64,000 nucleotides of DNA, taken from NCBI GenBank assembly GCA_035693125.1, contig DASSHB010000072.1:37922-101921 (forward strand). The letters run 5' to 3'. The notes beneath the pieces were generated by a model. That model worked only from the letters and a program-made list of their open reading frames with translations. It had not been told where the DNA came from and did not search any database. This DNA is from Candidatus Limnocylindrales bacterium. GTDB lineage: Bacteria; Chloroflexota; Limnocylindria; Limnocylindrales; CSP1-4. Shown here one piece after another: positions 53,150-60,892 of the stretch. Each line of letters starts with the position of its first letter. Within the stretch, counting starts at the first letter, position 1. A program made the translations under genes and the position numbers.

Positions 53150-53598
53150 CGTTCGTCGTACGCCACGCGCTCGAACGGCCATGAGGTCTCCAGCCAGGCG
53201 CTGACGGCGCGCCACAACGGGACGTCGAGCTCGGCGCGGCTCGCGCGCACCCAGGACTGGACGCTCGCCCGGGCCGGGTCGTCCTCCGCCGGGTAGATGT
53301 ACACGCAGCCGATGACTTCGCCGCTCGCCGGGTCCAGGACGGTATAGGTGAAGCCGCGCCGTTGCGCGAAATCGTCCGCGTGACGGCGCAGGTCGCGCAG
53401 GTTGTCGTCGAGGGACCGCCCGTCCGGCCACTTGCCATCGGGGTAGCCGGGCGTGCCCCGGATGTGCTCGATCGAGGACGTCCACGCCGCGTAGTCGGCC
53501 TCGTTGTGCTGCGGTCCCAGCGGCTCGAGCCGGACGTGCGCTGTCTCGAGGGAGGTCGGGACGACGAAGTCGGGCGGAACGAACGGGAGGTCTTCCAT
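53137..53598 (-). CDS. GNAT-fold family protein
   Basis: Start at ATG 53598 inside the track ORF: MEDLPFVPPDFVVPTSLETAHVRLEPLGPQHNEADYAAWTSSIEHIRGTPGYPDGKWP...FTYTVLDPASGEVIGCVYIYP. Confidence 0.6.
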   Translation of the reverse strand: MEDLPFVPPDFVVPTSLETAHVRLEPLGPQHNEADYAAWTSSIEHIRGTPGYPDGKWPDGRSLDDNLRDLRRHADDFAQRRGFTYTVLDPASGEVIGCVYIYPAEDDPARASVQSWVRASRAELDVPLWRAVSAWLETSWPFERVAYDERQPA

Positions 53599-53682
53599 CG
53601 GGGGATTGTCGCCCGACCGGGCGCGATTGAATGAATTCGCTCGAGGCCGACTCATACTCGCCGAACCGGCCCCCGGACGGGG

Positions 53683-54249
53683 TTGGGCCAGGAGAACCGG
53701 ATGGAGCGAAAGCTCGTCGAGCAGGCGATGCACGGCGACGAAGGGGCGTTCGACGCATTGATCGGACGTCTCGGCGACCAGCTCCATTCGGTTGCGCGCC
53801 GGATCCTGCGCGACCCATACCTGGCCGAAGACGCCACGCAGAGCGCGCTGCTCGAGGCATGGCGCCACCTCCCCCGGCTGCGGGATCCGGATCGCTTCGA
53901 GGCCTGGCTCTACCGATTGCTCGTCAATGCCTGTCACACCGAGGCGCGTCGCGAACGACGTCATCGCGCCAACCTTCGGTTGCTGGAGTCCGACGAGCCG
54001 GTCGTCCATGACTCGACGTCACGCGTTGCCAACGCCCAACAGCTCGACCAGGCATTTCGGGGGCTCGGCATCGAGCACCGGACCGTGGTCGTGCTCATCC
54101 ACTACGTCGGACTGTCCGCAAGCGAGGCCGCCGATGCCATGGGGACGCCCGTGGGCACCGTCCGGTCCCGCCTCCACTACGCCCTGAAGCAGCTGCGCGC
54201 GGCCGTCGAGGCCGACGCGCGACTGGAAACGAACGAGAGCACGGCATGA
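53683..54249 (+). CDS. ECF sigma factor (sigma-70 family, group 4)
   Basis: 188 aa: region 2 AEDATQSALLEAWRHLPRLRDPDRFEAWLYRLLVNAC, region 4 LSASEAADAMGTPVGTVRSRLHYALKQLR. ATG 53701 is an alternative start. Confidence 0.85.
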   Translation: MGQENRMERKLVEQAMHGDEGAFDALIGRLGDQLHSVARRILRDPYLAEDATQSALLEAWRHLPRLRDPDRFEAWLYRLLVNACHTEARRERRHRANLRLLESDEPVVHDSTSRVANAQQLDQAFRGLGIEHRTVVVLIHYVGLSASEAADAMGTPVGTVRSRLHYALKQLRAAVEADARLETNESTA

Positions 54250-55325
54250 CCCTCAACGACGACTTCATCGCCCAACTCGAGGACTACTTCGAGACGTTCG
54301 ATGGCGCGACGCCGTTGCCCGATCGCGTCCGTGACGCGATCCGTGCCGAGCTGCCTACTGCCCGGCAGGTCCGACCCCGCCCGGGCGTCCTGAGGAGCTT
54401 CACCATGCTGTCGAACACATCGGCGGGTGCCCGACTGGGGGTCGCCGCCGCGGCGGTGATCGTCGCCGCGGTCCTGGGCGCGACGTTCCTGAGCAACCGG
54501 CAGACCGGTCCGGGGGTGACCCCGGCAACACCGTTCCCCACGACTACCACATCACCGTCTGCGCCGCCGACGCCGTCGGCGTCAGCCGTGGCGAGCGGCC
54601 CGGCCCAGCCGCTCACGCTCCGTGGCGCACCGTTCGCCGCGTGCGATGCCACGGACACCAAAGCCGACACGTGCATGGCCCCAGGCACGTACCAGCTGAA
54701 CAACGGGTCCGGGACCCAGACGTGGCCCGTCATGGTCACGGTCGACGTCCCGGCCGGCTGGTTCGATTGGGACGTCGGGCCCGGTGTGGACGGCCTGCTC
54801 GTCGACGGCGGTGCCGAGGCCCGCGGCGGATCGGGGTGGGGTGCGCTGTTCGCGACGGTCGGCGCGGTGTCCGTGGATCCGTGCGACGCCGCCAAGGGCG
54901 TGCTTCCGGCCGCGCCGGTCGACACACCCGGTGAGCTGGCCGCCGTGATGGCGAGCTGGCCGGGCTTCTCGGCAACGGCGCCACAGCCGATCACCGTGGA
55001 CGGCGACGATGGCGTCCAGGTCCGGCTCAGCTCGACGAGCCCGAGCGCCTGTGCCGCAACGGGGCGCCTCTGGACGACGAGGGCGGGCGTCGCCGTGGAC
55101 GCCTACCCGATGATCGGCTCCGGGGCCGGCGGACGAGCGCCGGGGACTTTCCGGATCGTGGATACGGGAAATGGATTGCTGGTGATCCGGACGACGGACT
55201 TCCCGCAGACGTCACCGAACGAGTTGGGGAGCGGCGTGCCGATGGATCCCACGCGACACGCCGGCGACCAGACCGAGCTCCGGGCCATCCTCGACTCGAT
55301 CCGGCTCACGCCAATTCGAGGCTGA
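54246..55325 (+). CDS. membrane-anchored putative anti-sigma factor / extracytoplasmic protein
   Basis: ATGA overlap with the sigma gene. Cytoplasmic N-terminus, single TM GARLGVAAAAVIVAAVLGATFL, Pro/Thr linker, and an extracytoplasmic domain of about 250 aa. Confidence 0.6.
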   Translation: MTLNDDFIAQLEDYFETFDGATPLPDRVRDAIRAELPTARQVRPRPGVLRSFTMLSNTSAGARLGVAAAAVIVAAVLGATFLSNRQTGPGVTPATPFPTTTTSPSAPPTPSASAVASGPAQPLTLRGAPFAACDATDTKADTCMAPGTYQLNNGSGTQTWPVMVTVDVPAGWFDWDVGPGVDGLLVDGGAEARGGSGWGALFATVGAVSVDPCDAAKGVLPAAPVDTPGELAAVMASWPGFSATAPQPITVDGDDGVQVRLSSTSPSACAATGRLWTTRAGVAVDAYPMIGSGAGGRAPGTFRIVDTGNGLLVIRTTDFPQTSPNELGSGVPMDPTRHAGDQTELRAILDSIRLTPIRG

Positions 55326-55347
55326 TCCCGACGCCTCAACGCTCCTT

Positions 55348-55377
55348 GGCCTCGGGCCGGCTCTCCGGCCCGAGGCC
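55348..55377. terminator. bidirectional stem-loop terminator candidate
   Basis: GGCCTCGGGCCGG / CTCT / CCGGCCCGAGGCC: perfect 13-bp stem between convergent genes. Confidence 0.55.
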
Positions 55378-55426
55378 TGCCACCGCGTCCTGTCGGGACC
55401 CGAGACGTCGTGGCCGATCCTCGATC

Positions 55427-56023
55427 TCAGGCGACGAGGTGCGCGGGCCGATAGGTCTGGATCGCGATCCCGGTTGACGATCGTCGCGACTCGGTGAGCT
55501 CGAGCTGGTGCTGATCGCCCGCTTCGGGGAACAGCCGCTTGCCCTGGCCCACGACCACCGGGAACGTGAACAGCGTCATCTCATCGACCAGGCCATCGGC
55601 CATCAGCTGCTGGAAGAGGGCGGCGCTCGCGTGGACCTGCAGCTCGCGTTCCGGCCGGGCCTTCAGCTCGCGAACGCCCGCCAGGAGGTCGCCGCCGATG
55701 ACGTGCGTGTCCGCCCACTCCGGCGCGGCGAGGTTCGTCGATGCGACGTACTTGGGCTTCGTGTGGAGCGCAGTCCAGATCGGGCTGCCACCCGGGTCCG
55801 GCCAGCTCCCCCAGGAGTTGGCGAAGACCTCGTAGGTCCGCCGGCCGAACAGGAAGGCGTCGGCGCGCCGGAAGATCTCGTCCATCGCTGCCGCGGCGTC
55901 GTCGTCGAAATGCGCCCAGCCATCTCGATCGAATCCGCCGCCCTCGAGGAAGCCGGGGACGGGCGCGCCCGGCCCCTGCATCACGCCGTCGAGCGAGATC
56001 TGTGCGGTGACTGTCAGCTTCAT
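55427..56023 (-). CDS. dihydrofolate reductase family protein (RibD C-terminal domain type)
   Basis: Start at Met7 of the track ORF: MKLTVTAQISLDGVMQGPG...FLFGRRTYEVFANSWG...ELQVHASAALFQQLMADGLVDEMTLFTFPVVVGQGKRLF. Confidence 0.8.
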   Translation of the reverse strand: MKLTVTAQISLDGVMQGPGAPVPGFLEGGGFDRDGWAHFDDDAAAAMDEIFRRADAFLFGRRTYEVFANSWGSWPDPGGSPIWTALHTKPKYVASTNLAAPEWADTHVIGGDLLAGVRELKARPERELQVHASAALFQQLMADGLVDEMTLFTFPVVVGQGKRLFPEAGDQHQLELTESRRSSTGIAIQTYRPAHLVA

Positions 56024-56146
56024 CGTCCGCCCCATCCACAACCGTCAACCGCATGATGCCGTGCGCCTCGGCTCGGAGGCACGCTGGGGGGTCTTGACAC
56101 GCGGGGCTAGGGTGCCGTCGGTCGTAGTCCGTCGACGGAGAACGAA

Positions 56147-56605
56147 GTGGCCCCACGACTCGAGCTCGTGACTCCCGGCAACGTCCATGACGCGTGTCGG
56201 CTCAAGATCAGACCGGACCAGGAGCGATTCGTCGCGCCGGTGGCGATCTCGCTGGCGCAGGCGTACGCCGATCCAGACCACGCCTGGCCGCGCTTGGTCT
56301 ATGACGGGGAGGCGCTCGTCGCGTTCGTCATGGGCGGCTTCCTGCCCGGCGATGAGTTCCTGGACTCGACGCTGTGGCGACTGAACGTCGCCGCCGACGC
56401 GCAGCGGCACGGGTACGGCCGGTTTGCCGTGCGAGCCGTCGCCGAGGAGGCTCTCCGGCGCGGACGACCCGAGCTGTCGGTCGGCTACGCCAAAGGTGAC
56501 GCGTCCCCCGAGGGCTTCTACCTGAGGGTCGGGTTCGAACCGACGGGCAAGCACATCGATGAGTTCTACGAAGCGGTGGCGCCGATCGAGCGGCTTCTGC
56601 GGTGA
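56147..56605 (+). CDS. GNAT family N-acetyltransferase
   Basis: 152 aa, GTG start: LWRLNVAADAQRHGYGRFAVRAVAEEALRRG. Confidence 0.75.
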   Translation: MAPRLELVTPGNVHDACRLKIRPDQERFVAPVAISLAQAYADPDHAWPRLVYDGEALVAFVMGGFLPGDEFLDSTLWRLNVAADAQRHGYGRFAVRAVAEEALRRGRPELSVGYAKGDASPEGFYLRVGFEPTGKHIDEFYEAVAPIERLLR

Positions 56606-56746
56606 GCTCCGGCGAGCTTCGCGGGCCGATCCGAACCCAGAGGCCCGCCCGGACCGTCGATGCGTTCGAGCTCTTCGGCGACCGCGCGCTGGTGGTATCC
56701 GTCGAGGATCTGATCCGGATGCGCCTGCGCGCGGCGGAGGGGAGCG

Positions 56747-57784
56747 CTAGGTGATCTGGTTCGACACCAGGCGGGTGAGCACGTAGATCACGAGCGGCAG
56801 GATCAGCGCCGAGACGAAGCCGCGCAGGAGCTGCGGCGGCCACGGCCAGGTCGGCAGGCGCTGGATCCGGTCGCGCAGCAGCGTCACCCCGCCGAGCGCG
56901 TCGCTCATGACCTTGGACCCGTCGAACTCGCCGGCGTCGATCCGGCGATACATCTCGGTGCCGATCCGGGCAACCCGATCCTCGACCCCACGGATGAGGA
57001 GCGCCTTCTCGTCGACCAGGCGCTCGTGGATTCCCCACAGCGGGATCGTGAACGTCGCGACGCCCACCGCGATGCTGAACACGATGGCTCCCGCCGTGAC
57101 CAGGCTGCCGCCGGCGAACACCCCGTTCACGGTCAGGGTGTAGTAGCCGACGAGCACGTAGCCCAGCCCGGTCACGACCGTCAGGCGCGAGAACGCGTAG
57201 ACCGGGCCACGGTCGAATGGATCGATCCGTTGCGCCTCGCGGTGGATCCGCGCGACGAGCCGCAGCTGACGGACCGTGTGGACGAAGCCGCCCGGGGCCA
57301 TCGCGTAGCCCAGGACCAGAGATGGCAGGTAGGCGACGAGCAGGATCAGGCGATCGGCGCCCTGGCCCAGCCACGCGGCCGGCGCGGAGAAGAACGAGGC
57401 GAGCGCGAGGACGATGCCGATCAGGAGCGCCACCCAGCCCCACGGACCGGGCGTGTTCGCGAAGGCGGCTTCCCACCCGGCCCGATCGGCCTGCGGCCAG
57501 CCGGTCGCGGGCCAGAACTCCGCGAGCGAGCGCCTCGACACGACGTTCGCGGCCGCCAGGACCGCCAGAAGGAACGGGCCGTAGGCGATCCCGACCACGA
57601 TCACCTCATCGACCGTCCCGAACGGCATCCGACCGGTGGCCCACAGGATCACGTGCGCGTAGGCGAAGAGGAGCGCCGCCAGGGCAGGGAAGACCCACCA
57701 CCCGTGGCCCGGCAAGCGGTCGGTCCAGGCGAGGAATCGACTGACCGCCCCTGGTCGAGAGCGGGTGGCCGTCGGTGCACTCAC
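56747..57784 (-). CDS. multi-pass integral membrane protein, uncharacterised
   Basis: C-terminal part of track ORF 56747..58927. The GTG at 57784 (VSAPTATRSRPGAVSRFLAWTDRLPGHGWWVFPALAALLF...) is proposed. About 7 hydrophobic segments plus a charged helical insert. The start is uncertain. Confidence 0.6.
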   Translation of the reverse strand: MSAPTATRSRPGAVSRFLAWTDRLPGHGWWVFPALAALLFAYAHVILWATGRMPFGTVDEVIVVGIAYGPFLLAVLAAANVVSRRSLAEFWPATGWPQADRAGWEAAFANTPGPWGWVALLIGIVLALASFFSAPAAWLGQGADRLILLVAYLPSLVLGYAMAPGGFVHTVRQLRLVARIHREAQRIDPFDRGPVYAFSRLTVVTGLGYVLVGYYTLTVNGVFAGGSLVTAGAIVFSIAVGVATFTIPLWGIHERLVDEKALLIRGVEDRVARIGTEMYRRIDAGEFDGSKVMSDALGGVTLLRDRIQRLPTWPWPPQLLRGFVSALILPLVIYVLTRLVSNQIT

Positions 57785-57857
57785 GTTGCCGCATCTTACG
57801 CAGGCTCGGTTCGTCGATTCGGGCGGGGTGTCGAAACGACGGCCGAGCGGCACAGCC

Positions 57858-57930
57858 CATCGGTCGATCAACCGATGTCGGCGGCGTGGATCGTGCATAG
57901 GGTGTCGGTAGTGGCATCCGAGTGGATGCC
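57858..57930 (+). promoter_or_regulatory. two short perfect inverted repeats upstream of the small repeat-protein gene
   Basis: CATCGGT-cgatca-ACCGATG (57858..57877) and GGCATCC-gagt-GGATGCC (57913..57930). They lie in a locally less GC-rich intergenic stretch. Confidence 0.3.
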
Positions 57931-57952
57931 AATGGACGGAAGGGACCCATCG

Positions 57953-58201
57953 ATGTCCACGACGCAGCAGCCCCGGGATCACCGCCGCTTCCGGCTTGCG
58001 ACGAACGACAACGAGACGATCGTCGAGGCGCCGGGCATCCGGGCCAGGCTCTCCCCGGTCGATGGGGACGACGAGCTCGACACCGAGGGCCATCGCCTCG
58101 CCGCGAACGACAACGAGACGACGGTCCCGCGCCTGCGCCGCGTGGACCCGCAGGACGACAAGGAGCTCGACGCGCTCGGCATGCGCCGCGCCCGGCGCTG
58201 A
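57953..58201 (+). CDS. small highly charged protein built of two 34-aa repeats (RLAxNDNETxV ... D.DELD)
   Basis: 82 aa, in the frame of track ORF 57026..58201. GGAAGGGA RBS lies about 8 nt upstream of ATG 57953. Almost all third positions are G/C. An 18-nt exact DNA repeat sits at 58002..58019 and 58104..58121. Confidence 0.5.
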   Translation: MSTTQQPRDHRRFRLATNDNETIVEAPGIRARLSPVDGDDELDTEGHRLAANDNETTVPRLRRVDPQDDKELDALGMRRARR

Positions 58202-58212
58202 CCTGCCGGTCG

Positions 58213-59202
58213 GTGGCCCTCGCCGCCCGAACGGGCAGCCGGCGATCGCTCGACCTGGCCTCCGCGGCGCTCGACGCGGCGGAGGCCGGCCGATTCGTCG
58301 AAGCGGGGCGACTCGCCAGCGAGGCGCTGCGACGGCTCGAGCCAGGCGATCGTCGCGCCTCGGCGGAGACCCGGTCACGCGCCGAACGCGCGATCGGGAC
58401 GGCCGCCCGCGGGGTCGGTCGCTACCGCGACGCCGAGAGCGCCTTCCGACGCGGGCTCGCCGCGGCCGAGGACGCCTTCGGCCCCGACAGCCTCGAGGCC
58501 GCCGAGCTCCACAACGACCTGGGGATGACCCACAAGTACGCCGGTCGGTTCGACGACGCCGAGGGCGCGTATCGCCGAGCGCAGGACATCCTCGATAGCC
58601 TGCCGGAGCCCGATCCCGAGGATCTCGCCGCGCTATTTCACAATCTGGGCGGCCTGGCCCACGCCCGCGGCGAGTTCGCCGCCGCGGAGCCGCTCGCTCG
58701 CCACGCGGTCGACCTCCGTGCCGCAGCCGTCGGCCCGCGTGACCCGGCGACGCTGCTCGATCGGAGTGCCCACGCGGCGATCCTGGCGGGGCTCGGCCGC
58801 CACGACGACGCCGAACGATCGATCCGCGAGGTCCTGCCCGACCTCGAGGCGTCCTTCGGCCCCGATCATCCCGAGGTCGCCGTCGCGCTGAACAACCTCG
58901 CCGCGATCGTCCAGGCGCGGGGATCACTCGGCGAGGCGGAGCCGCTCTACCGCCGCGTGATCCGGATCAAGGAGATCCGGCTCGGGGCTGATTCCCCGTT
59001 GATCGCCGGCGCCCTGAACAACCTGGGGACGGTGCTCCGCGACCGTGGACGAGCCGACGAGGCCAGCGCGCTGTTCGAACGCGCCCTCCGGCTGCTGGAG
59101 GGTGCCGTCGCGGACGATCACCCGACGCTCCGCACCGTCCGGCGGAATCTCCAATCGTCCTGCGTGCCGGCCCCTACCGAGCTCCCGCCGCGACGGTCGT
59201 GA
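58213..59202 (+). CDS. tetratricopeptide repeat protein (TPR_10/12, kinesin-light-chain-like repeats)
   Basis: The GTG at 58213 is proposed, because the in-frame sequence upstream is R/P/G-rich junk. Repeats include AELHNDLGMTHKYAGRFDDAEGAYRRA, ALFHNLGGLAHARGEFAAAEPLARHA, VALNNLAAIVQARGSLGEAEPLYRRV and GALNNLGTVLRDRGRADEASALFERA. Confidence 0.7.
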   Translation: MALAARTGSRRSLDLASAALDAAEAGRFVEAGRLASEALRRLEPGDRRASAETRSRAERAIGTAARGVGRYRDAESAFRRGLAAAEDAFGPDSLEAAELHNDLGMTHKYAGRFDDAEGAYRRAQDILDSLPEPDPEDLAALFHNLGGLAHARGEFAAAEPLARHAVDLRAAAVGPRDPATLLDRSAHAAILAGLGRHDDAERSIREVLPDLEASFGPDHPEVAVALNNLAAIVQARGSLGEAEPLYRRVIRIKEIRLGADSPLIAGALNNLGTVLRDRGRADEASALFERALRLLEGAVADDHPTLRTVRRNLQSSCVPAPTELPPRRS

Positions 59203-60469
59203 GGCGATCGAGGGCGGCGTCCACCTGCCCCGGGTCCTGGACGAGGCCGAGCATCGCCTCCCACCAGGCCCGCTGCACCGCGGGCGGCATCATGTCCCCG
59301 GCGCTGAAGCGACCCGTGGTCGCGCCGGCGAGCTCCTGGGCGACGCGCCGGGCCACCGGATCCTGGTACGCGTCGGCGGACACGCTGCGGTTCACGGACG
59401 TGAAGCCACCGAGCCGGATCCACGCCTCCTGGGCCGGCGCGCCCGCGAGGTACGTCATGAACGAGCGGGCCGCGGGCGTGTCGTGGACCATCACCGGGAC
59501 GTCGGCGCCGACCGTGACCGCGCCCCGATGGTCCGGGTTGATCGTCGGGAACGGGAAGACGTCATAGTCGGCCCCCGGCTTCAGGTTCGGGAAGTTCCGG
59601 GCGATGAACGCCTGCGCGAATGACGCGAACGGATCGAGATAGGCGGCCGGCGGGTCCGTGTAGAGCGGATCCGCGCCGGCGTCGTCGCCCGTCGCGATGA
59701 TCCGCTCGCTGCCGCCCAACACGTACCCCTTCGTGGACACGATCCCCAGGAAGCGCTCGAAGGCCCGGCCGATGCACGCGTCCGTCCACGGGATGGCGGC
59801 GGCGATCCAGCGGTCGTAGACGTCCGGCCCGCAGTCGTTCAGGACGATCTCCGAGACCCAGTCGGTGAGCGCCCAGCCGTTCGCGGGACCCTTCGCGGCC
59901 ACGATCGAGAAGGGGCTGCGACCATCCGCGACGATCCGATCGGCGAGCTCGATCATCTCGTCCCACGTCCCGGGAACGGCATAGCCGGCGGCCGCGAATG
60001 CCTTGGGGTTGTACCAGACGGTCGCCTTGCTCGTGACCTTGTAGAAGATCCCGTAGAGCTTCCCCGCGTGGCGGCCGAGATCGATCCAGGCCGGCGCGTA
60101 GTCCCGGCTGATCGCGCCCGCGTCCAGGACCCCGTCGAGCGGGACGAGCGTTCCCGCCTCGGCCAGCTGGTTCATCAACGCGAGGTTCGGCAGGATCGCG
60201 AGATCGGGCCCGTTGCCGGCCGCGGCGCGACCGGCAAGCGCGGCGGCGATGTCGGTCGAGGGCACCCAGTCGACCGCGGCTCCGGTCTCCCGCTCCCAGG
60301 CCGACTTGACGGCGACGAAGCTGTCGAGCTCCGGGCCGCTCCACAGGCCGAGGACGCGGACATGCGCGCCGGCGAGCCCGGATGGCGCCCCCGGGCTGCG
60401 GTCCGACCCCGAGCAGGCCGCGACGAGGCTGACGAGCGCGGCGAGGACGATTGCGCTGCCGAATCGCAT
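59174..60469 (-). CDS. ABC transporter sugar-binding lipoprotein (orphan SBP)
   Basis: Start at Met90 of the track ORF (MRFGSAIVLAALVSLVAAC lipobox). Family 1 SBP pattern. No adjacent permease or ATPase genes. Confidence 0.75.
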   Translation of the reverse strand: MRFGSAIVLAALVSLVAACSGSDRSPGAPSGLAGAHVRVLGLWSGPELDSFVAVKSAWERETGAAVDWVPSTDIAAALAGRAAAGNGPDLAILPNLALMNQLAEAGTLVPLDGVLDAGAISRDYAPAWIDLGRHAGKLYGIFYKVTSKATVWYNPKAFAAAGYAVPGTWDEMIELADRIVADGRSPFSIVAAKGPANGWALTDWVSEIVLNDCGPDVYDRWIAAAIPWTDACIGRAFERFLGIVSTKGYVLGGSERIIATGDDAGADPLYTDPPAAYLDPFASFAQAFIARNFPNLKPGADYDVFPFPTINPDHRGAVTVGADVPVMVHDTPAARSFMTYLAGAPAQEAWIRLGGFTSVNRSVSADAYQDPVARRVAQELAGATTGRFSAGDMMPPAVQRAWWEAMLGLVQDPGQVDAALDRLTTVAAGAR

Positions 60470-60500
60470 GCTGGACACGACGCGAGGGTACCGTTCGGAC

Positions 60501-60872
60501 ATGGCCGACGACACCCGGATCGATCGCTGGCTGTGTGCCGTCCGTCTCGTCAAGACCCGGCCGATCGCGACCCAGCTGTGCGAGGGCGGCCACGTCCGCG
60601 TGAACGGCAACCCGGCCAAGCCCTCGACGAAGGTCCGCGCCGGCGACGTCGTCCACGCGCTGATCGCCGAACGTGAGCGGATCGTCGAGGTCGTCCAGCC
60701 GATCGAGACACGCGTCGGAGCGCCGGTCGCAGCCACCTGCTACGTGGACAACAGTCCAGCGCCGGTCATCCGCGAGATCGCACCCGGGATCAAGGCGATC
60801 CGTGGCGAAGGACGGCCGAGCAAGCGTCTCCGCCGCGAGCTCGAGCGGATGCGGCGGGCCGGACCCGGCTGA
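60501..60872 (+). CDS. S4-domain RNA-binding protein (Hsp15/HslR-like)
   Basis: 123 aa: RIDRWLCAVRLVKTRPIATQLCEGGHVRVNGNPAKPSTKVRAGDVV. Confidence 0.8.
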   Translation: MADDTRIDRWLCAVRLVKTRPIATQLCEGGHVRVNGNPAKPSTKVRAGDVVHALIAERERIVEVVQPIETRVGAPVAATCYVDNSPAPVIREIAPGIKAIRGEGRPSKRLRRELERMRRAGPG

Positions 60873-60892
60873 CGGCCCGTCGCTCGACCGGC

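Noticed and set aside
56520-56545. tRNA T-arm-like hairpin GTCGG-GTTCGAA-CCGAC
   Set aside because: It lies inside a well-supported GNAT coding frame (RVGFEPTG). There is no complementary acceptor stem, D-arm or anticodon arm in the flanks, so it is not a tRNA.
57953-59202. RRNPP-type quorum-sensing pair (TPR receptor plus signalling peptide)
   Set aside because: The small protein has no signal peptide or hydrophobic export region and is upstream rather than downstream. The TPR protein has no HTH or phosphatase domain.
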